From a virus (taxonomy: Duplodnaviria > Caudoviricetes), in IMG/VR virus record IMGVR_UViG_3300035182_000325, positions 1 to 57,305 of that record: a stretch of 57,305 nucleotides of DNA, one strand, 5' to 3'. Position numbers and translations under genes: made by a program. Below are positions 36,652 through 45,169 of the stretch, in pieces; the first letter of the stretch is position 1; the number at the start of each line of letters is the position of its first letter. The notes beneath the pieces are model-generated. The model had not been told where the DNA came from, ran no database searches, and saw only the letters and a list, made by a program, of their open reading frames with translations.

Positions 36652-38286
36652 TTAATCAGCGGCATGTTCTATCGCCAATTGGAGGTCAGTAGGTAAACCC
36701 AGTTGAGCCGCAATGCTGAATACCTCTTCCCTAGGGATACGATGACAGCCCACTACTAGGCAGTCAAGGCTCGTATTATCTTCTGGGTGAAATGAATACG
36801 CACCCCATTGACGAGGAAGTTTGTCGGCTGAGAGTTCCCCATTCAAGTACCGTACCAATCGTGACCATACTGCCCTAGCGAACTTGATCGGAATATCGCA
36901 ACCTCGATTTGATTGGACCGTATCATTTTTAATCCTGAGAAGATACCCAACATCATAGGGTAGAGTTCCTACGTAGCTTCCTAGCCGCCAAGCAGCTATC
37001 TTTTCGGCGTTGTCAAGCTTGGCTTGTGCAATTCCTAGTGCTCGTTTCTCTTCCCGTTCTCGCGAATCTTCCACTTGGACGATTTTCGCGATTCGGGAAG
37101 CCTCTTCGACGTATGGGCGATAGAGAGTGCTGAAGAGTTTGCTGAGAGTTTCAGATAGTCTAAGATTCTCGATTGTCCGATCGTTGTAACCGCATGCCCA
37201 CTGGGTCGGCAAAGCCTCAAACTGATCGCGGAGATTATCGGCCAATACGTTTACCTGCAATTGGAAGTGCTCCGCCACCAATTCAGGATGAGCTAGCACA
37301 CTGATCGCTGAGGAGATTCTATTACGAACCCACCAACTTAGATTCTGGTCTTGCGGAGTGTACTCTGATACTCTTCCTTCAATCAATACTTTGCATGCCA
37401 AGTATTCTTGCAGGTACGATTCGGAAGTGAAGCAGGTCTGGATGAACTTTAACCCGTCATAAGCGGAATCGATTAGTTCATTAATTGTGGGGTAGCCTTT
37501 AATCGATTCAATATCGTCAGGTCTGATCGCGAATAGGTCGCGGGTTTGGCAATCGTTGAACAGAGTCTTAACATCTGGACCGAATTCAAGGAGAGTACTG
37601 GCGGTGACCGATTCATACTGACTGATCGGACAATGAGACTCAGTACCGATGAGCCATTGGAAGAGGTTGTAACCTAGGCGATATTGATCCCGGCGAGTTT
37701 GTTTAGTCTTGAGTGCTGTGGCAATACGCTTAGCAGTCTCTTTTTTCTTTAGGTCGTCAGCGAATAGTGCTTCCACTGGATTCGATTCCGAAGCGTTTGC
37801 GTGCTGTGTTAACACCTGCTTCCAGAACTTGTTCAAGTACTTCTTAGCGGTTTTGAAATGGGCTAGATAATCACGTAGGAAGCCTATAGCGTAGTTCATC
37901 CGCAATCGCGGTTGATATATTTTGTCCTTCAGTGTAGCGTATGCTGCGGATCGGATGTTGCCCTGAAGATATTCCAGGTTTTGCATATGCGAGGTTTTGC
38001 AGTCTGGACCTACATTTGGGACTCTGATGATTGTCCCAAAGGCGGATCGCGAAGCCCATGTTAGTTGTTTGGATGTAGTGACAGAGTAAGTATAGGAGTC
38101 TAACAGAAAGAAACGGTCTGCATGTTTTTTGGCAATGCGAGTTCGGTACGAATATAGGTTACCGTTATCGTCTCTGCTGCAATTGGAAGACTCATAAGCT
38201 TCGGACTTGCGAGCATTGTCGCGGTCGATGGTGCGTGAGTGTGCCCAGTTGTGAATGACAGTTTCAGTGTTTGATTGGCGAGGCAT
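36652..38286 (-). CDS. Early hypothetical protein (544 aa)
   Basis: IHNWAH...LYSY...YSVTTSK N-terminus and QSNRG...VGCHRI C-terminus resemble a phage family of unknown function. Confidence 0.65.
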   Translation of the reverse strand: MPRQSNTETVIHNWAHSRTIDRDNARKSEAYESSNCSRDDNGNLYSYRTRIAKKHADRFFLLDSYTYSVTTSKQLTWASRSAFGTIIRVPNVGPDCKTSHMQNLEYLQGNIRSAAYATLKDKIYQPRLRMNYAIGFLRDYLAHFKTAKKYLNKFWKQVLTQHANASESNPVEALFADDLKKKETAKRIATALKTKQTRRDQYRLGYNLFQWLIGTESHCPISQYESVTASTLLEFGPDVKTLFNDCQTRDLFAIRPDDIESIKGYPTINELIDSAYDGLKFIQTCFTSESYLQEYLACKVLIEGRVSEYTPQDQNLSWWVRNRISSAISVLAHPELVAEHFQLQVNVLADNLRDQFEALPTQWACGYNDRTIENLRLSETLSKLFSTLYRPYVEEASRIAKIVQVEDSREREEKRALGIAQAKLDNAEKIAAWRLGSYVGTLPYDVGYLLRIKNDTVQSNRGCDIPIKFARAVWSRLVRYLNGELSADKLPRQWGAYSFHPEDNTSLDCLVVGCHRIPREEVFSIAAQLGLPTDLQLAIEHAAD

Positions 38287-38354
38287 GGTATTAACTTTCA
38301 GAATGGATGAAACGAAAACGGAATTGCGAAGTGTGATCGGCGAAACAGGAACGA

Positions 38355-38789
38355 TTAAGCGTCAAAGTGAGTAAACGGGGTTTGTTCGATGAACAATTCA
38401 GGGTTTGCATCGATCGCGAATCGGTCACCAAAGATCGACCGATAGGCGGATGATACTTTGAGGATACGCAGTAACTCAGTATCGGATAATCGGAACCAGT
38501 AGCGGAGTTTATCACAATCGGAACTGAGGAGTAGCATAGGGGATGTTTTGGTGACACGCTTTACCCAACGCTGAATGAGTGATCGTAGGGTGTGATCGTA
38601 TCGACGTTGATCGGATCTACATTCTGACGATGCGAGCAATTGAGCCTGCAAATTCTTATATTCAAGCTCGCGACTGTGAATTGCCCAACGACATTCTAGA
38701 CCTAGTGTGAGCTTGACACATGCGGATAGTGTAGACTCGGTGGTGGTTTGCCATTGGCCATTGGAATCGAGGACTGATACTGTAAACAT
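38355..38789 (-). CDS. First gene of the early block, hypothetical
   Basis: AAAGGA RBS before ATG 38789, downstream of a strong promoter. Confidence 0.55.
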   Translation of the reverse strand: MFTVSVLDSNGQWQTTTESTLSACVKLTLGLECRWAIHSRELEYKNLQAQLLASSECRSDQRRYDHTLRSLIQRWVKRVTKTSPMLLLSSDCDKLRYWFRLSDTELLRILKVSSAYRSIFGDRFAIDANPELFIEQTPFTHFDA

Positions 38790-38828
38790 TGTGTGATCCT
38801 TTGAACTGGGTGCGAGCAACTATGAAAC

Positions 38829-38872
38829 CGATTACTGATAGTAATCGTATCGTCCAGCAGAATTCCAGTCAA
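38829..38872 (-). promoter_or_regulatory. sigma70 promoter with overlapping palindromic operator-like site
   Basis: TTGACT-N17-TACGAT; CGATTACT-gat-AGTAATCG at 38829-38847. Confidence 0.7.
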
Positions 38873-39481
38873 GTAGGGATTCTCTAGAAATTTTCAGAAT
38901 TCGCAAAACTCAACAAAACGCTAGAGAATTCGTTGTTAGAAAAGATTCTGAGTATTACTGAACACTTAGTATTCAAACCAGTTAGGGGAGAAATGGTCCA
39001 AATAGTTAAAGGAGTCTGATCTAGCCAAGTGAGCAACCGGGGTCGGGGGATGTGAGCGTAACAATCAACTATACCGAGTACGGGGCTCCTGGTCCAGAAC
39101 AAGTAGATGCTCCGGGACGGGGGCACGTCTCAGGTGCAAATTATTGTTTAAGTACGGGGAGGTGCGATCCGGTGTAGTGCGTTGTTCTGATGCAAGTTGG
39201 GGACAGCGGACGGGGAGCACAAAGCTTATTGATATTGATTCTCAGTATCAATTCTCAAAATGAGACTCGAAAAAATTTTCTCTATATAACGGCAAAAAAT
39301 TTGAATTCTAAAAACGGATTTTGGAATCGGCTAAAATGCTGGAAAGTGCTACCCCACCCCCCTTGTATTTCTGGAGGGAAGGGAGTAACGATCAGCCCTA
39401 GATTGTGGGGCTTGATTGGAATAGAATGTAAGCTCTTGGGGAAAGAGTAGAATTAATTAACGATTAAGGGAGAATAGAATC

Positions 39482-39895
39482 ATGGCTGCATTAACGGGCA
39501 TTACTGGAGTTAGACCATTTGCGAATACATCGATTGTGCCTAAAGCAATCTATGGTGAAACGATTGGTTTTGGTAAGGCTATTTATTTAGACCCTGCCAC
39601 AAATTTATGGATGCTTGCGGATTCGAATTTATCCGTGTTAGCTGCTGGAGCTAAAGGTATCTCTATGACACCTGGAGTGCTCAACAGCTATGGTATCATC
39701 GCTACAAGTGGTGATATCTTCCTTGTAGGGGCTGCTGGAGTTGTCTCTACCACTTACTTTGCTGGTCCTACTCCAGGTGACCTAATCCCTGAAGCAGATA
39801 GGACCACTGGGGAATGGCTGACTCGTATGATGACCTGCATTGCAGCGAGTACATTCAGGATCAACATTGAGGCTGTTGGGGTGCAAAAACCTTAG
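39482..39895 (+). CDS. Capsid cement/decoration-like protein (DUF2190-like), isolated on the plus strand
   Basis: GETI..G.AIYLD...WMLADSN...A.GI pattern; GGAG RBS; terminator downstream. Confidence 0.6.
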   Translation: MAALTGITGVRPFANTSIVPKAIYGETIGFGKAIYLDPATNLWMLADSNLSVLAAGAKGISMTPGVLNSYGIIATSGDIFLVGAAGVVSTTYFAGPTPGDLIPEADRTTGEWLTRMMTCIAASTFRINIEAVGVQKP

Positions 39896-39928
39896 TGTGT
39901 TCGGTGGATTTTATTAACTCAATCAACG

Positions 39929-39964
39929 AAAAAACCCCAGTCTCATCAACTGGGGTTTTATTTT
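39929..39964. terminator. Bidirectional intrinsic terminator
   Basis: AAAACCCCAGT/ACTGGGGTTTT stem between convergent genes. Confidence 0.8.
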
Positions 39965-39988
39965 GGTTATTCAGTAGGTGATACTGAG

Positions 39989-41377
39989 TTACGCTGCTTC
40001 TTCAGCGTCTTCAGTCTCAGAGACTTCACCACCATTAGCAGTCAGCCATTCATGGTACTTGGTTTCGATACCGTTAAAGGTCATGACCTTGTTGCTGAGT
40101 TTCTTGGTATCGTCACCGGCTAGGTAAGCAGCCAGCATCGATTCGATAGCGGGTAGTTGTTCGATTGCTTTCTTGACCTTGTTGGTGCAAAGCTTAACAA
40201 CGCACTTGTGTTTCGATTCAGCACCCTTGTAGACTTCTTCCAAGAACTCACGGAACTTAGCGTAGAGTTTGTCAGCACTAAGCTTCTGCTGCGAGTCGAA
40301 CAAGCAATCTGCGAATGCTGTGAGGTAGTACTGAGCGTTGGGCATCCCTGGACCGGATACCAATGGGTGACATAGGGTAGGCATACGCTCACCCTTCTTA
40401 TCGTCTTCTGGATTGATGAGGCAGGTAGACTTCAGCAGTTCAGTTAGCAGATCGGTGTAGTAGTCGAATGGTTCTGAATCGGTAATGAAACCAGCAACAT
40501 CATCTGCTTGAAGTGTGATGGGTTTCTGCTTGTCGTTGACAATGTGCGGAAGGGTCAATCGCGAGGAATTGATACCTCGGCCATTGGCTAGGAGCACACT
40601 GAAGCGTAGTGCTGAAGCAATCTCTGCTGCGAATCCATCAGGAATACCAGTGATGGTAGAGAGAGCATCTTTAACCGATCGCTTACGCATTGCTTGATCG
40701 AAGAGGCGGAAGAGTGAGGAAGCATCAGCACTACCCTTAGGCTTGCCAATGAACTTCACATCGATATCGACGTACTCAACTTCGTAATCATTCAGGTAGT
40801 GCCATAGGGCCAGCAACGAGTGTTGACCGTCCAAGCAGAAACCATCCCAATCGAATACCATTGAGCGAAGTTCATGACGGTATCCAGTTCGTGCGAATCG
40901 GAGTTTGAGGTTGCTGATGTGACCAGTGGTTGGAACTCGATTACGCTTCAAGTGAGTGGGTTCCCAACGCTTGACTAGAACGAGCTTAGCTGTTTCGTCA
41001 CCATTCTTCTTGGTGGTAACGATTTCTTCCTTGAGAGGCATTCCTTCAGCATCGTAGACCTGGGCTAGCTTCCAGTTCTGAGGGATGTAGGTTTCAGCCT
41101 TGAATGCTTTAGACTTTGGGTCTTCCTCAGTGAAGAAGACCATTGCTGCATTGATTTCGTCTTTGGTGATTCGTGCAATGTAGGTAAGGGTCTTACCAGC
41201 ATCTAACGATTCAGGAAGAGAGGAGACAGCGTTTATCGGGCTGATTGGGAAGAGGTCTGTCAATTGATTATAGACTGAGGCTTTCATGATCGGGTCTTTC
41301 GTCTTGGGTGGAGTAAATTCGAGAATTGAAGTTTGTTCTGACATGATTAACTTTAACTTTATATCGATTGGAATCAA
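39989..41377 (-). CDS. ParB-like (DGQHR-type) domain protein (likely start ATG 41344)
   Basis: RNR...MVFDWDGFCLDGQHSLLA...FDQAMRKRSVKDAL. Confidence 0.6.
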   Translation of the reverse strand: MIPIDIKLKLIMSEQTSILEFTPPKTKDPIMKASVYNQLTDLFPISPINAVSSLPESLDAGKTLTYIARITKDEINAAMVFFTEEDPKSKAFKAETYIPQNWKLAQVYDAEGMPLKEEIVTTKKNGDETAKLVLVKRWEPTHLKRNRVPTTGHISNLKLRFARTGYRHELRSMVFDWDGFCLDGQHSLLALWHYLNDYEVEYVDIDVKFIGKPKGSADASSLFRLFDQAMRKRSVKDALSTITGIPDGFAAEIASALRFSVLLANGRGINSSRLTLPHIVNDKQKPITLQADDVAGFITDSEPFDYYTDLLTELLKSTCLINPEDDKKGERMPTLCHPLVSGPGMPNAQYYLTAFADCLFDSQQKLSADKLYAKFREFLEEVYKGAESKHKCVVKLCTNKVKKAIEQLPAIESMLAAYLAGDDTKKLSNKVMTFNGIETKYHEWLTANGGEVSETEDAEEAA

Positions 41378-41407
41378 CTGGGGTAAGAGAAAAATTTCAC
41401 GAAAAGA

Positions 41408-41707
41408 TTAGGAATTCAAAATGTAGCCGAGAAGGAAGGAGATACCGATCAGGACCCACCAGATGAGAACAGGGAGTCTATCGTCTGCTGATATGAATCC
41501 ATCGACATAGCCAGCTTCTCTACCATCTTCGTAGTACTGTTTGAGGATACGTGAGAACTCTTGATCTTCTGGAGGGGAGGGAAGGTACTCTAGACCGTAT
41601 AGATTCACTTTAGGTTCGTCTTGAGTGATGATATGACCCTTCCCATCGCAGAGAGGGCAGTGAGCAGTAACTCCACGACAATGAGAGCAGGTTCTAACAC
41701 TAGGCAT
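41408..41707 (-). CDS. Small Zn-finger protein with C-terminal TM helix
   Basis: CSHCRG..CPLCDGKG; hydrophobic C-terminus; GGAGG RBS. Confidence 0.6.
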   Translation of the reverse strand: MPSVRTCSHCRGVTAHCPLCDGKGHIITQDEPKVNLYGLEYLPSPPEDQEFSRILKQYYEDGREAGYVDGFISADDRLPVLIWWVLIGISFLLGYILNS

Positions 41708-41744
41708 TATCTCTTCCTCCAGTAATACAAAGGACTTGATTTAA

Positions 41745-42086
41745 TTAGTGAACTGGCATTTCAACGCAACGGATAGCTTCAGTGACAGTCATGGCCTTTG
41801 AGGGTAGTAGCTTGATTGCTTTGGGATAGACGTGGGTCCACTGTGTAATGTCACCAATTAATCCAGGATGGTTCGCTATGGCTCTGCGAACCGTTAAGCT
41901 AGTAGGAACTCCAAGATTGTAGTGAATTCTTACAACTTTGAATACCGCTTCTAATCGAGGAGAATAGAGATACATCCCTATCTCCAACATATCTGGAGCA
42001 ATCAAGATTTTGAGCTTAGTATAGAACTTCGCTACTGTCTTGATTGACTCCATATTGTATTGGGTTTTGTTGTTACAGTCTCTCAA
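41745..42086 (-). CDS. Hypothetical protein
   Basis: ORF on the coding strand. Confidence 0.45.
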   Translation of the reverse strand: MRDCNNKTQYNMESIKTVAKFYTKLKILIAPDMLEIGMYLYSPRLEAVFKVVRIHYNLGVPTSLTVRRAIANHPGLIGDITQWTHVYPKAIKLLPSKAMTVTEAIRCVEMPVH

Positions 42087-42258
42087 TTAACATCTCGCTT
42101 CATAATGTAGTGGTAGTGATGCCAAAGGGCCTCTTTGATTGAACATAGATGCTCATTTGTTATTTCGTCGTTGGCGTTTCGAGTCTGGAGTAATTTAGTT
42201 TGCTCCAAAGCGTCTAAATGTGTTTTATCTACTCTCTTGTTGAAAAAGTAGATAATCG

Positions 42259-42297
42259 TAGGAATCAGGATTAACTAGAAGCTAATCCTGATTCCTA
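42259..42297. terminator. 15-bp perfect inverted repeat after the helicase gene
   Basis: TAGGAATCAGGATTA / TAATCCTGATTCCTA; no clear U-tract. Confidence 0.5.
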
Positions 42298-42315
42298 GAC
42301 CAGTCAGTATAGCAC

Positions 42316-43920
42316 TCATTCGATAACATCCTTCATAGTGGTAGTAACGTAACAGAGATGGAACTTTGCTCTTGTCAGGGCTACGTAAGTCAGATTGGTT
42401 TCTTGCTGACGATTGAATTCTGACTTAGCAGCTAGCTTTGGATGAGGTAGTAGCTCAGGTCGATAGATGTAGACCTTGTACCACTCTAGACCTTTTGAGC
42501 GATGGGCGGAAGAGAGGGTAATTACATTCTTCTTGTTCTCGTCAGAGAAGAGGGTGTTGAATTTATTAATCACACATTCAACAGTGGAGCACCCATCGCA
42601 GAAGATACGGACAACGATACATTTGTCTGAGAGTTCTTCTAGTTTCATATCCTTTTCAGGATGAGTTGAACAGAGGAGTTTGGAGGATTCTAATTGCTCG
42701 TATGCTTCGAGGTGCATCAGTAGTTCACTAACTGAATTGGCTTCGAACTTCTCAATCAATCGGATGATACCTTCAGCAAACTTACGTCCTTTAATGATTA
42801 CTGGAACTTTGTGTTTGAGGAGGTTCAAGGCTAGGCGTGTCAATGGAGCATTAGTGCGACATAGAACTGCTGATTCGATACCTCCTCGAAACTCTGATAG
42901 GAGTTGCTCACATAGCTTAATGTCCTTGATTGAGTCAACGATACCTTCGGGGTTGTCTGGATGTGCTCTGAATCCAGGTATGATCTTCTGGACTTCTCGG
43001 GCAATTGCTTTAGCACATCTACGAGTTTCAGTTAGAGCAAAGCCCTGCATTTTTCTGGGGGAGGAGAGCATCCACTCTTCGAGGTTGGGGATTGATGTAG
43101 GATCAGCTCCAGCGAATCCAAAGATGGACTGATTGATATCACCTACAGTACAGAGTCGTCGGCATGAGTGGGTAGCAAGCCACTGTTGAGCCTTGTTCGT
43201 GTCCTGTACTTCATCGATAACTCCGAAGTCTACAATCTCGGGTTGGAGGTTGTGCATTGCAGGAAGCCAGATCATATCGTCAAAATCAATCCAGTCTGTA
43301 CGTTCACAAGATACCTTCAGGACCTCGATAGCTTTGGCTAGTGAAGTATCTGAGCATTCGACCGAATAGAAGGAGCATACTGAGGCTAGGTCCTCAGGTT
43401 CTGCGTGGTACTCACCTGTACCTAAGCAATCTTCAGAACCAGCTAAGCAAGCTTTGCTGATCGATACGATATCGCCAATCTCACGGTACTGGTTAAGTGT
43501 AGCTCGTTTATCTTTAGCGTCAGATACTTTGCCGTACAAGTCTTCGCAAATGTTCTGAGTCTTCCAAGCAGAGACCTTATGTCGTCCAAGGTTCTCATAC
43601 AATGTGGATTTGCCTAGGGAGTGATTGGTCGATGATTGAACTGATTCAGGTAGGCGAGTAGAGAGTTCAGTAGCGATTGCTTTACTGAATGCTGTGAATC
43701 GAGCAGTCTTAGGCTTCTCTGACTGCATAGCTGCGATGATTGGGGATTGTTCTTCTGAGAGCTTCACCCCTTTAGGAGTACCACTGAATCCCCAACAAAT
43801 AGTTGTGGTCTTTCCAGTTCCGGCAAGTGCTCGGATAGAGAGGTGAGATGCTTTGGAACCGGAACTGATCTTACGTAGAAGCTTTGCCATGACAATGACT
43901 TTCGAAACGGTAGAGAACAT
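42316..43920 (-). CDS. SF1 UvrD/Rep-like helicase (start 43920 or 43890)
   Basis: ALAGTGKTT, IDEVQD, VGDINQSIFGF, LCRTNA, HRSKGLEW and YVALTRAK. Confidence 0.9.
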   Translation of the reverse strand: MFSTVSKVIVMAKLLRKISSGSKASHLSIRALAGTGKTTTICWGFSGTPKGVKLSEEQSPIIAAMQSEKPKTARFTAFSKAIATELSTRLPESVQSSTNHSLGKSTLYENLGRHKVSAWKTQNICEDLYGKVSDAKDKRATLNQYREIGDIVSISKACLAGSEDCLGTGEYHAEPEDLASVCSFYSVECSDTSLAKAIEVLKVSCERTDWIDFDDMIWLPAMHNLQPEIVDFGVIDEVQDTNKAQQWLATHSCRRLCTVGDINQSIFGFAGADPTSIPNLEEWMLSSPRKMQGFALTETRRCAKAIAREVQKIIPGFRAHPDNPEGIVDSIKDIKLCEQLLSEFRGGIESAVLCRTNAPLTRLALNLLKHKVPVIIKGRKFAEGIIRLIEKFEANSVSELLMHLEAYEQLESSKLLCSTHPEKDMKLEELSDKCIVVRIFCDGCSTVECVINKFNTLFSDENKKNVITLSSAHRSKGLEWYKVYIYRPELLPHPKLAAKSEFNRQQETNLTYVALTRAKFHLCYVTTTMKDVIE

Positions 43921-43951
43921 TGACAGCCCCGTAAGCTGTCTGACTTGAAGG

Positions 43952-43980
43952 ATTGTACTGATATCGATTGTGGCGGTCAA
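43952..43980 (-). promoter_or_regulatory. sigma70 promoter
   Basis: TTGACC-N17-TACAAT. Confidence 0.7.
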
Positions 43981-44136
43981 AGGGAAACAGAGAAAATTTA
44001 GAGAATAATCGAAACTGAGTTTCTAGTTCTCCTGGGGAGGGAGATACCCGCTCAAAAGTTTGGGATAGTTAATCAAGAAAGATTTGAATTCTGAAAACGG
44101 ATTTTAGATATTCAGAGAATGCTGGAGAGTTAAACG

Positions 44137-44177
44137 AAAACACCCTGCTTGACATTGATAATCAAGCAGGGTGTTTC
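44137..44177 (-). terminator. Intrinsic terminator
   Basis: AAACACCCTGCTTGA/TCAAGCAGGGTGTTT stem with a T-tract. Confidence 0.75.
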
Positions 44178-44238
44178 AGCGGTTAGCGTCCCATTCACGG
44201 GCTGTTTTCAAGTTAGCTGATTCGGTTTATCAAGTCAA

Positions 44239-44658
44239 CTACTTTTTAGCTTTTTTCTTCTTGGGTTTGACTGGAGCATCGTCTTCATCAGGATCGGTTA
44301 CTTGGCCCCTTGGAGTCTCTTGGGTCATTCCAGCCTTGGAGCCCTTATTGCGGCCCCCTAGCACGTATACGTAGCCTGGAAAGTCCTTATGGAACTGTTC
44401 TGACTCAACTGCACAAATAGCGTCAAAACGTGTCTGGAGGTCCTTATCGGCCAAACCTTGGAGTAACGTCAATGCGAGCGACAATGCTACTGCTTCTTCC
44501 ACTGTCTCGGCTGAGGCTTTGAGGACCTTAGCTTTAATGTCTGGAAGCTTATCCATCTTGTGACGGGTAGTCCAGTGAGTGAATTCTGAGAACTCTAGAC
44601 GCTTCCAAGCGTTGGCAGTTGTGGAAGTAGCTTTGATTCGTTTTTCTTTCTTGACCAT
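44239..44658 (-). CDS. Hypothetical protein with basic termini
   Basis: AGGA RBS; upstream TATACT inside a CCAGAACT/AGTTCTGG inverted repeat. Confidence 0.6.
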   Translation of the reverse strand: MVKKEKRIKATSTTANAWKRLEFSEFTHWTTRHKMDKLPDIKAKVLKASAETVEEAVALSLALTLLQGLADKDLQTRFDAICAVESEQFHKDFPGYVYVLGGRNKGSKAGMTQETPRGQVTDPDEDDAPVKPKKKKAKK

Positions 44659-44767
44659 TTGTATGTTTCCTGAAAAGTGGAGTTGAAATGTTTTTATGAC
44701 AACCAGAACTAGAAGTATACACTGTTCAGTTCTGGAAGTACAGGAGTGTTATTGTAGATTTAATTAG

Positions 44768-45163
44768 CTACTTTTTATTCCCTCCGAAGAGACCTCTACC
44801 TACTCGCTTACCTAGAGACTTAGGGGCTTTAACCGCTGCTTTCTTCTTAACTGGTCGAGTAGTCTTACGAGAAGATTTAGCTGTTGTGGCTTTGCCCTTT
44901 GAAGCAGCATCCTTACGAGCCTTAGCATTGCGTTTGGTGCTGGTCTTGGCTACTCTCTCAACAGCTTTCTTACGGGCTGCTTTGTCTTTCACCTTACGAG
45001 CATTCTTTCGGTTCTGCTTTGTAGGGGATGCTGTCTTTGAGGATGATCCCGATTTCTCTTTGGGGGCTGATCCTCGAACCTTACCTACCTTCTCTTTGTC
45101 CTTTTGTTTAGGAGATTTCCTACCGCTGAGTTTGAATCCAGGTGCTGCTTTTTTCTTGGCCAT
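44768..45163 (-). CDS. Lys/Arg/Ala-rich histone H1-like basic protein
   Basis: Very basic low-complexity 131-aa sequence. Confidence 0.6.
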   Translation of the reverse strand: MAKKKAAPGFKLSGRKSPKQKDKEKVGKVRGSAPKEKSGSSSKTASPTKQNRKNARKVKDKAARKKAVERVAKTSTKRNAKARKDAASKGKATTAKSSRKTTRPVKKKAAVKAPKSLGKRVGRGLFGGNKK

Positions 45164-45169
45164 TGAGTA

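Noticed and set aside
38884-39450. ORFs 38884..39126 and 39190..39450
   Set aside because: No convincing RBS or motifs; they overlap regulatory repeats.
42083-42270. Short open frame on the minus strand (IYFFNKRVDK...MKRDVN)
   Set aside because: No standard start codon or RBS; cannot be supported as a gene.
43921-43980. TTG start of the helicase at 43980
   Set aside because: The TTG is the -35 box of the promoter.
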